In this document: positions 9,497 to 19,476 of the stretch, piece by piece
Layout of the letters: the number at the start of each line of letters is the position of its first letter
Position numbering within the stretch: position 1 is the first letter of the stretch
IMG/VR virus record: IMGVR_UViG_2061766007_000275
Reading direction: 5' to 3' (one strand)
DNA length: 64,000 nucleotides
Source: an uncultured virus (IMG/VR IMGVR_UViG_2061766007_000275)
Lineage: Duplodnaviria; Heunggongvirae; Uroviricota; Caudoviricetes
Notes under the pieces: generated by a model
The model's input: only the letters and a program-made list of their open reading frames with translations
Database searches by the model: none
Told to the model about the DNA's origin: nothing
Made by a program: the position numbers and the translations under genes

Positions 9497-9700
9497 CCAC
9501 CTCTCTTTTTTGGCTGCGGGCGCACGGCCCTCGCCCGCAGTTTTCAGAATATTCAGAATATTCACACATTTTTGATCCAAAAATTCAAATTTTCAGACAA
9601 TTTATTAAAAATCCCGGAATTTTCAGACAATTTAGCAATATTTTAATTAAAAAACATCAATTTTCCTATTGACAAATTAAAAAAAATATGATATACTGTA
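9482..9700 (+). repeat. Intergenic module copy 9 (27-nt hairpin 9514-9540)
   Basis: CTGCGGGCG/CGCCCGCAG; TTCAGAATA and TTCAGACAAT repeats; promoter. Confidence 0.9.
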
Positions 9701-9824
9701 TTTACAAGATGAGGAACGGAACAAAGTCAAGAAAAAAACTTAAAAAAAAGTTAAAAAAAAACTTGACAATCCCGAAAAAGTATGATATAATTCACTTGTA
9801 AGGTAAAGAAAGAGAGGTGGTTAG

Positions 9825-10211
9825 ATGAAAAGCATTAACAAGCAAGAAGTACAGAACCTAATGAAAACTTTAGGGCTGACAGAAGAAGAAGCTATTGAGT
9901 TATGGAAATGTGATAATGATATGGCTGAAAATGAGGAACAAAAAGAACTTGACAAGAAAGCAAGCAAGGTCAAGATTAAAGTAGCTGACGGAAATGTCAC
10001 TAAAGGGGTAAAAAAGCCTAGAACTTATATCTCATGTGACGAGAAGGTGGCGTTATTCAACCTCATAAAGACAACACTTGAAAGTGCTTGTGAGAATGTA
10101 GAAGTCACTAAAGATAATAAACTTCTTACAGTTAACTTTAATGGAGTACAGTTCAAGGTTGACCTCATAAAGACCAACACCGCACTTGCAGAAAGGAAAG
10201 GTAAAAAATGA
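9825..10211 (+). CDS. hypothetical protein
   Basis: Tandem promoters and SD. Confidence 0.8.
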   Translation: MKSINKQEVQNLMKTLGLTEEEAIELWKCDNDMAENEEQKELDKKASKVKIKVADGNVTKGVKKPRTYISCDEKVALFNLIKTTLESACENVEVTKDNKLLTVNFNGVQFKVDLIKTNTALAERKGKK

Positions 10212-11269
10212 TACTATTATTTGATAACACCTGCTCAGAAGAGCAGGTGAGCAATCCTCAATGGGTATGGAATAATTGGGGTGATGGAATACCTTGTTTA
10301 TCATACAGTGAAGCAAATAAACTTAATAATTTTTACTTTGGCGGGAATGGGCATATCGGAATAATGGTTGGGTATGAAACCGCAAAACTTAGGGGGTGGA
10401 CATAATGTGTCAGTGTTTTATTTGTAATAAGGCAGTCAATGAAGATAACTCAATCGGTAGAGATTGCTTGTTAATGTGTAATGAATGTGAAACCAAAATT
10501 GGTAAAAAACTTAATATGCAAAACCATGTAATATTTAGCGTAGTTTTAGCAATGGGTTTCTTAAAAGAAAAATATATGGAAGAAGAAGCTATAAAAGCAG
10601 AAGAAAGAAAATGGAAAGATTACCTTGCTCTGGATGAATTAGCCGCAAAATCAAGGGGGTTGATATAATGAAACAAATTATAAAACAAGGATATGTTAAA
10701 CCGCAATATATCACTGAATGTAATAACTGCCACACATTATTTAGTTTTACTGATGATGATACAGAATATGCAAATGCATCGTATAGTACAGAACAATATG
10801 TTAGATGTCCTTATTGTGGCTATGAAGTATTAGACAGACATTGGGAAAAAGCTAACGAGGCTGAAGGAGGTATGCAAAATGAATGATGATTATGATTTCT
10901 GGGGACAAGCTTGGTCAGAGGACGATGTTGAAATTAAAATAGGTGATAAAACATTTTGGTTAACTAAAAAAGGATTGATTGAATTAATAAATTTTTTAGT
11001 CCAGTTATTAGGACAGACCTAATGAATGAAGAAGAGGGTGATGAATAATGAATGATATTTTTGATAATCAGAACTTAAAAGTTAATGATTTTCAGACACG
11101 ATGCGTGTTAAAAAACAATTTTGGTAGAGATGAAATTATTGATGTATATGCTTACTCTGATACTCTTATCGAGGTTTGTTTAGATGATAAAATTTTAATA
11201 TCATTTGCTAACAAAGATAATTTAATTCTATTTATAAATGCTTTAACCACTGCTTTAGGACTTGTGTAA
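10208..11269 (+). other. operon of small hypothetical genes (10208-10405, ~10405-10668, 10668-10886 zinc-ribbon, 11048-11269)
   Basis: Coupled ORFs with SDs; CxxC pairs in two of them. Confidence 0.65.
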
Positions 11270-11410
11270 ACAAGTCCTTTTTTATTGTATGCTTTTGGCT
11301 GGGCGCAAGCTGGCGCAGCGCCCAGTTTCCAGCCTCTCTCACCCCTCCCTAGCTTTTATATGCGCGATTTTTGCTGGATTTAGCTTGCCCCTAAAATCCC
11401 GAAATTCAAT
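11256..11410 (+). repeat. Intergenic module copy 10, degenerate downstream (27-nt hairpin 11299-11325)
   Basis: Terminator AGGACTTGT/ACAAGTCCT; CTGGGCGC/GCGCCCAG; AAAATCCCGAAA. Confidence 0.75.
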
Positions 11411-11799
11411 AGCCAACCATAACGCCCTACTTTTCAAGCTTTTATGCTCCAGGAACCGGGTTCCCGCCAATAGCAACTAGTATAAGGGGGGTTTAAAGGG
11501 GAGGGGTATGCGGCCTTTGACAAATTATAAAAATTATGTTATAATACGGAGGGGTGTTCTTCACCACCCTATAAATCAATAGCAAATCAATCATGCGGGC
11601 CGGGGGTGTTGGCGCATAGTTGACAAATTAAAAAAATTTTGTTATAATATTAAAAAAAGACTATTTTTTCTCCCAATAGCCAAAGAATAAAAGAGTGCGG
11701 CGGGCGGGTATACAGCGTTATACGAGTGCTTTTAAAAAATTGCATAGGGTGTTGTAAAATGAACCTAGGTTAGGGGCACCCCACCTCCTCAATGATATA

Positions 11800-12340
11800 G
11801 CAATTTTTCAGAATTTTCTGAATTTTTTATAAATTTTCTAACTTGTCTGAATTTTCTGACAATTCTCTTTCACAGTATGGGGGCGCAAAGGAGGCCCCGA
11901 AGGGGCCATATAACTGACAGGAGCGAAGCGACTGTCAGTTACTGTCTGACTGACGCCTGTCAGTGTCAGTCAGATATTATAATTGTTTTTCTGACTGATG
12001 ACAAGTGCTCACATCCGCCGATCAGTCAGAAAATCAGAAAATGGCGCCGAAATTTAAACTTAACGAAAGTCAAATTTATATATCATCCGCCACCCAGTCA
12101 GAAAATTAAGCAAATTTTGACTTTCATTTTCTGACAGCACGCGCCTGTCAGTTATCGTCAGTCAGAAAATTAAAAGAAAATCATAAATAATTTTCTGACA
12201 CCCTCGCTCCATTTTCTGACATTTTCTGACAGGGTAGCGCCATTTTGGCGACCTTCGGTCGCTAATTTTCTGACAATTTTCTGACACCCTCGCGCCTACC
12301 TATCAGCTGTCATTTAATTAATTTTCTGACAACTGACACC
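11800..12340. repeat. iteron-like TTTTCTGAC/GTCAGAAAA array in a non-coding convergence zone (candidate origin or terminus)
   Basis: About 12 copies in both orientations; 10-bp inverted repeat 11911-11941; duplicated TTTTCTGACACCCTCGC. Confidence 0.75.
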
Positions 12341-12413
12341 GAGTGCGGTAACCCTTGCTCTATGGCGCGATCAACCTCCATTTCCGCATAAAAAAAGAGC
12401 CACATAACGGCTC

Positions 12414-12821
12414 TTAAAAAATGTACTGCGGGGTAGGGGGTTTAACTTCCTGACTTTTAGTCCAGATTTCTCTTCCTTCTTTATATCCCCTGTTACTATA
12501 TATACCTCTTGAGAATGGAATACCCAACTTCTCACATATAGCTCTTAAATCTAAACCTTGACTAGCAAGCTCTCTTATAGCATCCGCATCATATTTTTCT
12601 TTCCTACCAGTACCAGCTATTGGATGCTTCTTAGTTATCTTATCTACCTGTGTTAAATATGACAGAACAGTTGCTTTCAAGCTATCTTTTACTTCAATCC
12701 TCTTGTCATACAAACTATATTGAACGATAGCATAAATAACATCTTTAGCATCTTCTTCACTCAGTGAACTATTAATATCATTCACCCAATCATTCAATAA
12801 GATAACCTTACTTTCTGCCAT
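12414..12821 (-). CDS. DUF6291-like (replication-initiator N-terminal) domain plus C-terminal HTH
   Basis: VILLNDW...LSEEDAKDVIYAIVQY pattern; IRELASQGLDLRAICEKLGI HTH. Confidence 0.5.
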   Translation of the reverse strand: MAESKVILLNDWVNDINSSLSEEDAKDVIYAIVQYSLYDKRIEVKDSLKATVLSYLTQVDKITKKHPIAGTGRKEKYDADAIRELASQGLDLRAICEKLGIPFSRGIYSNRGYKEGREIWTKSQEVKPPTPQYIF

Positions 12822-13011
12822 TGTGAACCTCCTTCTTTAATCTAAGGAAGTCCTCTGCAAAATTACCTTCATTCTTAAAAACCCATACAGTTAACTTAGG
12901 GTTATTAGGATTAGGGAAAGTTCCAGTTACTTTATACCCCATACCAGCTAGCATAACAACTAACTTCTTAGTATAAACTGCAACAAAATCCTTTGCTTTA
13001 TCCATCTGCAT
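12808..13011 (-). CDS. DUF5659-like small protein
   Basis: VYTKKL...GY...PNPNNPKLTVWVF pattern. Confidence 0.55.
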   Translation of the reverse strand: MQMDKAKDFVAVYTKKLVVMLAGMGYKVTGTFPNPNNPKLTVWVFKNEGNFAEDFLRLKKEVHNGRK

Positions 13012-13100
13012 TTCTGTCCTCCTTTCTGCGGAAGCCTGCTATATGGCGCTCGATACCTTGCTTCCCGCTGAATATTTGAGCTATTTCGTCTTTTTCTTAT

Positions 13101-13361
13101 TTACTGTCCGTAATTTTTCCAATCTTTACGGGCTTTTGAATAATCTTTAGCTGCTTTAATTGTATCTTTTATCGCAACAATAAACAAAATTGTATATACA
13201 ATTCCAATAATTGTAAATATAATTGCCCATACAGGTCTATCTTGATTATAATGAGTATACGCGATCCATAGACCTATCACCGCAAGTAAGAATTTCTCAA
13301 TTCCTAACAACACGCAATCTGCAATTCTATCTTTATACATTCCCAATCCTAAATTTGCCAT
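13101..13361 (-). CDS. membrane protein
   Basis: Two hydrophobic helices. Confidence 0.7.
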   Translation of the reverse strand: MANLGLGMYKDRIADCVLLGIEKFLLAVIGLWIAYTHYNQDRPVWAIIFTIIGIVYTILFIVAIKDTIKAAKDYSKARKDWKNYGQ

Positions 13362-13373
13362 TTTGTATCTCCT

Positions 13374-13895
13374 TTAATCTATAACAAGTTTCGTGTTTAA
13401 ATACTTTACTACTAAACAGGGGTCTATCCAAGTAAATACTCCGGTTTCTACATTTACCGCATTTATTTTAACCCACGTTTTTTCGTTGTTTATCTTGCAT
13501 ATTCTTATTATTTCTTCCTCATCGGTTTTCATATAAATTCGTCCAGTATGTGTAAAGCAATCACCGGGTTCAAGATCTGCAAAACAATCTTTCTTCTCAA
13601 TTGGTCTGTTATCTTCGATTTTCATTTTGTATCTCCTTTTTATTATCCTTCTACTATAAATGCACCTTTTACTTTTGCTACTCTTGTCATACTAGAAAAG
13701 TAAGCCCAATCTCCAGTTTCTAGGTTTATTGCATTTATTGTTAGTACTGGTCCATAAGCTCTTGGTCCTTCGGTTTCTTGAAAATCGCCTTCCGTTATTT
13801 TTATATAGTAACTATTATCAACACGAAAAATTTCACCATTTTCTACAACATCAATATCTACTTTATTTTGTGTTATTGGTCTTATGATTTCCATA
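13374..13895 (-). other. two paralogous small genes (13374-13625; 13643-~13895), related to 19477-19704
   Basis: Shared GD/E.F...Y.K...INA.N.ETG pattern. Confidence 0.65.
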
Positions 13896-13983
13896 ATTAT
13901 ACTCCTTTTGATTATTATTCTTTTCTCATTTTCTATATATATTATAACAAAATTTTTTTGAAAAATCAAATAAGGGGCTTTAC

Positions 13984-14568
13984 CTAGCCCCTTTCTTTTG
14001 CTTTTATCTCAGCTATAATATCATCAAGAGCAACTGGTGTACAATTATGTGCATCCACCTCAACATGATATATTAAACCCTTATCCCAATCAGCCCATGG
14101 GTCAGTCACATGGCGGTGACCGCATAGGTTAATAACTTTGCGGGAAAGCGGTTTCCCCTCATTAAAGTTATCACATATAGTAGGATAATGTGATAAATAA
14201 AAAGTTAATTTATCATATTTCAAAATTATAACACAATCGTTATCATCTCTTGAAATAACATTATATGATTTCATATATTCTTGCCATCTATTATCGCTAT
14301 CGTGATTTCCTCTAATAGGTAAGATATTTCCTTTTAACTGACGAAGATAATTCATACCTTTTTCATCATCCATTAGCATAAGATCACCAAGTACAAAAAC
14401 AATATCTGCGGGATTGACTACTCGGTTCCAATTATCTACAATAGCTCTATTCATTTCTTCAACACTATTAAAACCGCGGGGACCCCAGATAAATTCTCTA
14501 TCATGACATAAGTGCAAGTCAGAAGTAACCCAGATCTTCTTGCCGCAATTTTCTTTATCTATTTTCAT
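13984..14568 (-). CDS. calcineurin-like metallophosphoesterase
   Basis: SDLH, GD, GNHD, H, GHRH motifs. Confidence 0.9.
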   Translation of the reverse strand: MKIDKENCGKKIWVTSDLHLCHDREFIWGPRGFNSVEEMNRAIVDNWNRVVNPADIVFVLGDLMLMDDEKGMNYLRQLKGNILPIRGNHDSDNRWQEYMKSYNVISRDDNDCVIILKYDKLTFYLSHYPTICDNFNEGKPLSRKVINLCGHRHVTDPWADWDKGLIYHVEVDAHNCTPVALDDIIAEIKAKERG

Positions 14569-15114
14569 TCATTTCCTCCTAAATGTTGTTTTACAAACCA
14601 AAGAGATTGACTATCATCTAATTCTTCTGCCATTTTCTCTAATGTATATGTAATAAAATAATTAACATCTTCTACATCAGAAAAATCTTCATTTGTAAAT
14701 ACAATGCCTTTAGCCCAAATTAAATCCGAAGTCTTAAAAGTAACTTTTATACCTACTTTTTCATTGCCAATAGTCCAATAAAAGTTATAATCTGCGGCGA
14801 CCCTTGCCGCTTCCTGTGCTATATATCCTATTAAATTAAGCTCAGTCATTCTCTTCCTCCTTATCTGCTTCGATTACTTTCAAAGTAGCATTAGATATAC
14901 CGACTTCACTAATCCAGTTTTGACAACTAAAACTAAAAGATGTAAAATATTTCTTAGCTTTTGCTTCATCAAGAATAAATAATCTTCCGTATTCTTTAGG
15001 AAGTGGTATACCATTCTTAATCCAAGCTACAAGTCTATACGCATTTTGTATAGGAAACTTGCCACTATTGAGTTCCTCATAACATCCATCCGGCATATTA
15101 ATTATTATATTCAT
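14565..15114 (-). other. two hypothetical genes (14565-14849, 14842-15114)
   Basis: Overlapping ORFs with SDs. Confidence 0.65.
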
Positions 15115-15613
15115 TTATTTTTAACTCCTCTGTTATACTAAAATTATCCATAAGACTAGCGCGGGAAACCTTCCAAATATGATTATATCCTTCTGAAAAT
15201 CTTGGCGGCTGATAAGTTTTCGCCATCGACTGGATAACCTCTTCCGGCACATAGGCTCGCCCGCTCCTCTTCCTATTCTGTCTTAATGCTAAATCAAGAG
15301 AAATATCAAAGTAAATTGCATTTATTTCTGCGGCGTCCGCTATGCAGTTTAATACCTTAGCTCTTGATGCGGGAGTGAGGTGTGTGGCGTCAGCATACAC
15401 ATCTTGTCCTGCCGCAAGTCCTTTTTCAATTTTAGATACAAAATATTTCCACACTTGTTTTTCTTTTGAAAAGTACTCATCATCTTTTTCAAGTAATGCA
15501 AATCTTATTCTATCTCTTGAAACATAAACATGGTTACCTTTTATATTATGTTCACAAAAATATGATTTTCCAGAACCGGGGATACCGCATAATAAAAACA
15601 ATCTACCTTTCAT
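15098..15613 (-). CDS. polynucleotide-kinase-like P-loop kinase (AAA_33)
   Basis: GIPGSGKS Walker A, SRDRIR, DATH, R..R lid, VPEEVI. Confidence 0.85.
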   Translation of the reverse strand: MKGRLFLLCGIPGSGKSYFCEHNIKGNHVYVSRDRIRFALLEKDDEYFSKEKQVWKYFVSKIEKGLAAGQDVYADATHLTPASRAKVLNCIADAAEINAIYFDISLDLALRQNRKRSGRAYVPEEVIQSMAKTYQPPRFSEGYNHIWKVSRASLMDNFSITEELKINEYNN

Positions 15614-15625
15614 TTTTTCCTCCTA

Positions 15626-17245
15626 TTAGTGGATACCATATTCCATATCTTCATAAGCATCATCTGCATTGTCATAGTAACTTGTATGACTAGCATATAT
15701 ATGCTGCGAATAGTAGGTATCTAAAAAAACAGTTAGTTCTTCTTCAAAATCATCTAAAGTAAATATTTTCAGTAAATCATCAAATGTTTCTGCCTTTTGT
15801 ACATCTTCATCATTAGGCTCAATTCTTTTTAAGAACTTTAAAAATTCTTTCTTATCTAATTCAAATTTATATACTTTTCGCTCTGTTCTATAAAGTTTCA
15901 TTTTTTTTACCTCTTTTCTTATTTTCTATATATATTATAACAAAAATTTTATAAAAAATCAAAAAGAGTGCATTACTCTGCACTCTTTCTTGAACCCTTA
16001 AACCATCGAACTAAATCTTCTTTACATTCTAAACACAAATCCAAAGTAATGCTTTCAGGATACGGATGACAATATTTTGTTAAGTCATACCGCCATGCTT
16101 CATTGTTAGCTTTTTGTAAAATTTCATGCCAAGTAAAAGTCTTACCGCATCTATCACAAATTTTTGCATTCATTTGTTTTCCTCTCTTTTCACCTTTTCG
16201 CCCTTTGAGCAATAGTCCCAATCACAAACAGCGTGATTTGCATTTAATCCATAGATATGACCACAAATTGATCTAACATTAGGCAGCATGTCGTCATTTT
16301 TATTCTCATAATACAGATCTAATCTATGAATACAATCTTTACATGTTACTACTTCAGTTTTCATTTTTACACCCCCATAATCCTTTAATATTTAATCGTT
16401 TAGCAATATCTTGCTTATCCTTATCTCTTAAACAATAACTAACATTCCATCTTGCATTACAATATAGACAATTTATAACAAAATCTAGATACGGTAACGT
16501 ATATCCAACATCTTCATACTTTACATCTTCATTTTCATATGAAAATTGACATTTACAATAGTCACATTCATACATATGTACATCGGGATTTTTTAATATT
16601 TTTATCATAATTATTCTCCTACCAATCCAAAATCACAATGTCCAGTTTCATCTTTATGATAATCTGCGGCAGCCGCCTTCTCTTCAGCAATCTTTTTCAT
16701 CCATTCTGCATCAAAATCCCATGTCTGACCTTCAGAGTCAACAGCATAACTCTCAATCCAAGCATTACATACTCTTGGATCCTTCTCAGCTTCCTTCATA
16801 ACTGCTTTAGCTTCATCGAGAGACTCATATTCAACTCCGTCCCACTCATGGTCCCAGAGGTCATGCGGAACCTCTATCTCTACCCATACCTTATGATAAC
16901 TTCTTATTATTGTAGGAAATTTATCCATTATTTTTACCTCTTTTCTTATTTTCTATGTATATTATAACAAAAATATTATAAAAAATCAAAAAGAACGTAT
17001 TATTCTATGTTTTTTTTATTTATACAATTAGCAAACCATTTATAAAATTTTGTTAACCCTTTTCCTATACCCATGCCAATACCTATTAATAATATGGCGG
17101 GCCACCCTACAATAGCTATTGCACAAATAGTTTCATCTCCATCTTGCCAATTTCCCCATTTTATATCTATACAAGCCATAAGCATACCAATTAAAAAACC
17201 AATTATAATATAAATTAAAATAAAAATTTTCATATTATTTCTCAC
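15626..17245 (-). other. cluster of small hypothetical genes, several zinc-ribbon (15626-15901, ~15973-16173, 16170-16364, 16354-16608, 16611-16928, 17000-17245)
   Basis: ORFs with SDs and their own promoters; CxxC motifs. Confidence 0.65.
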
Positions 17246-17676
17246 TTTATATAGACTGTAATATCAACATTAGTATCTTCAAAAACATTAAAAATCAATT
17301 TTTTAACATCTTCCCATTTTAATCTATCAAGTCCACATCCAATTTTAGGCATAACTAATTTAGCATTATTAGATATTTGAAGCTTCATATTTTCAAGAGC
17401 AGACTTCATAGTAAAGATAGTGGGTTTATCATTATAGCTTTCTTTTGTTACAAGATTTATAACTTTTCTTTGGTCATTCATGTATGCGGGAAGGGCATAT
17501 CCGACGCCATCCCACTGTAATATATCATAATGTCCAAGCAAACATTGCTTTACTCCTAGCTTTGTAAATTCTGCGGCAATCCCTTTTCCCATGCGGAAAT
17601 CTGAACTTATACAATGAACATAAATAGGCTCCATTCCCGCAGTAAACAAATCACCTTTAATCTCTTTATAAGTCAT
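17242..17676 (-). CDS. macrodomain ADP-ribosylhydrolase (TARG1/DarG-like subgroup)
   Basis: GDLF, HCIS.D..MGKGIA, NLVTK, MPKIGCGLDRLKW. Confidence 0.9.
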   Translation of the reverse strand: MTYKEIKGDLFTAGMEPIYVHCISSDFRMGKGIAAEFTKLGVKQCLLGHYDILQWDGVGYALPAYMNDQRKVINLVTKESYNDKPTIFTMKSALENMKLQISNNAKLVMPKIGCGLDRLKWEDVKKLIFNVFEDTNVDITVYIK

Positions 17677-17693
17677 TTTTTCTCCTTAACTTT

Positions 17694-17894
17694 TCACATT
17701 TCGCTTTTGCAAATATCTATTAGCCACTCTTCAATAAGATTAAGAGTGTTGTCTTCTTCATCAAAGAAAATATCTCTACCAGTATCATTTACATAATTTG
17801 ATATAAACTGACCAAATCGCCAATCTGGAACATATAGTTTGTGTAATTCACATAACTTTGCGTAAAAAGTATCAAGTCTATCAGGATTTCTCAT
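17694..17894 (-). CDS. conserved phage protein
   Basis: MRNPDR...PDWRFGQ motif typical of small phage proteins. Confidence 0.7.
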   Translation of the reverse strand: MRNPDRLDTFYAKLCELHKLYVPDWRFGQFISNYVNDTGRDIFFDEEDNTLNLIEEWLIDICKSEM

Positions 17895-17969
17895 TTTATT
17901 TTTTCCTTTCTCATTTTCTATAATAATTATAACAAAAATTTTATAAAAAATCAATCAGAGAGATTGAAG

Positions 17970-18530
17970 CTAAGGTTTATACTTTAATCTCTCTGATGCC
18001 TTTTTTAATTTATTAATTATTTTTTGAAATGCTTGTCTGTAATATTCTTTCTTATAAGTTATAATTTTTATATCTTGCCCTTCATCTTTATGTCCTTTTT
18101 CAGTAGCAAAGTATTCAGATTTTGGTTTATTTTTAATTGTTTTCCACACTATTCCTAAATTAGATTGCATACTTTGATATACAACATAATTAGGAACATT
18201 TGTTCCATATGTTAATATTTCTTCAGCTAAATCAATTACATATTGTGGAGTATCGCATTTTCTTATTCTGCGGATAGTGTCATAAGCATATTGACCTCTT
18301 GCATAAATAACATCATGAAGAGTGCTTCCACCCCATCCACCAGCTTTAGCCCGATTAACCGGAACAGCTCCAGTTAAAATAAGACATTGTATATTGTCTT
18401 CTTCTGTTATTCCAGTTGATCCATTCTCTAGCCACATAACATCCGCCAATAAGCGGGTGTCCGCTTCAGTGTGTTCAAAGAATGGAATTGTTAATTTAAG
18501 AGCTAAAAACAATCCAATTAATAACTTCAT
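17970..18530 (-). CDS. SleB-like cell wall hydrolase
   Basis: LLADVMWLE...VPVNR...TLHDVIYARGQY. Confidence 0.7.
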   Translation of the reverse strand: MKLLIGLFLALKLTIPFFEHTEADTRLLADVMWLENGSTGITEEDNIQCLILTGAVPVNRAKAGGWGGSTLHDVIYARGQYAYDTIRRIRKCDTPQYVIDLAEEILTYGTNVPNYVVYQSMQSNLGIVWKTIKNKPKSEYFATEKGHKDEGQDIKIITYKKEYYRQAFQKIINKLKKASERLKYKP

Positions 18531-18814
18531 TTAGTTGGATCAAATACCAAAGTACAGTTAAATGTACTTGTTAAATATATAATATTATCAATTTTAACCT
18601 GAAGCTGTTCTCCCTCATAATCGTTCCACTCTTGAAGTTTTCCTTCTACTATTTCACCAGTAGGCAACTTAACATATGCGTAATTAAATATGTACTGAAA
18701 ATCAAAGAATGTCTTATTTCCACATCCTACACACGTTCCGCTACATCCAACAGAAAACAAAATAAATACAAAACATATTACTAACGCTATAAATCCACAA
18801 ATTTTTTTCTTCAT
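18527..18814 (-). CDS. phage lipoprotein (paralog of 842-1105)
   Basis: Signal peptide with Cys; shared conserved body. Confidence 0.8.
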   Translation of the reverse strand: MKKKICGFIALVICFVFILFSVGCSGTCVGCGNKTFFDFQYIFNYAYVKLPTGEIVEGKLQEWNDYEGEQLQVKIDNIIYLTSTFNCTLVFDPTK

Positions 18815-19014
18815 AATTCCTCCTTAATATTGAATTTCTAATGCTTTATCAATAATATCACCGATTTTATCTAGTTGTTGTAAACACTTTTGTTTGTCTT
18901 CTTCTTTTATCTCCATATGAGTTAAATCACCATATAGCTCTCCAATTATATCTTCTATGTTATGGAGAGCTTCTTTTCTATCAAAAGCTACCCCCATCCA
19001 ACCATAATCGTTAT

Positions 19015-19467
19015 TCATACTATCTCTCCTACAAATATATGAAACTTCTTTGCTATCTTATCTATTTCTTCTGCGGGCTTCGGTACAAAGCCGATACAGG
19101 TCAGAGTTCTTCCAACCCCATTCTCGTCTATTTCTTCCGGCTCTAATTCCGTTCTACAATTATCCTTGATTAAAAAGTAATCAACACCTTCCTTCCAACC
19201 AAGCTCTTCTGCCATTTCAACAGCCTTCATTAACTGATTATGATTTTTAGCCTGAAGAACTATTTTAGTAAAGCTACCATTTATCCATTGTTCAAATAAA
19301 TCTTTATTAATGTAAAAAGTTGTATCATAGATATCATCAAATAATAAACAACTATTCTCTTTTATTTCATTAGTTAAGAAAGCCATTGAAGCATGACTTA
19401 CTTGCGCGGCAAGCTTTCCCGCACTCATCCCCAAATCTTTTCTTGCTATAATTATTTGTTTATACAT
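19015..19467 (-). CDS. pth2: peptidyl-tRNA hydrolase type 2
   Basis: KQIII.RKDL.MS.GKLAAQVSHA, KIVL, D..RTE, TCIG. Confidence 0.9.
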   Translation of the reverse strand: MYKQIIIARKDLGMSAGKLAAQVSHASMAFLTNEIKENSCLLFDDIYDTTFYINKDLFEQWINGSFTKIVLQAKNHNQLMKAVEMAEELGWKEGVDYFLIKDNCRTELEPEEIDENGVGRTLTCIGFVPKPAEEIDKIAKKFHIFVGEIV

Positions 19468-19476
19468 AATATCTCC

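Noticed and set aside
111..11410. Early-region repeats as a CRISPR array
   Set aside because: Units are ~1 kb apart, separated by genes and not identical; no repeat-spacer periodicity and no cas genes
11877..12134. 85-aa ORF in the convergence zone
   Set aside because: No SD; translation of repeat DNA
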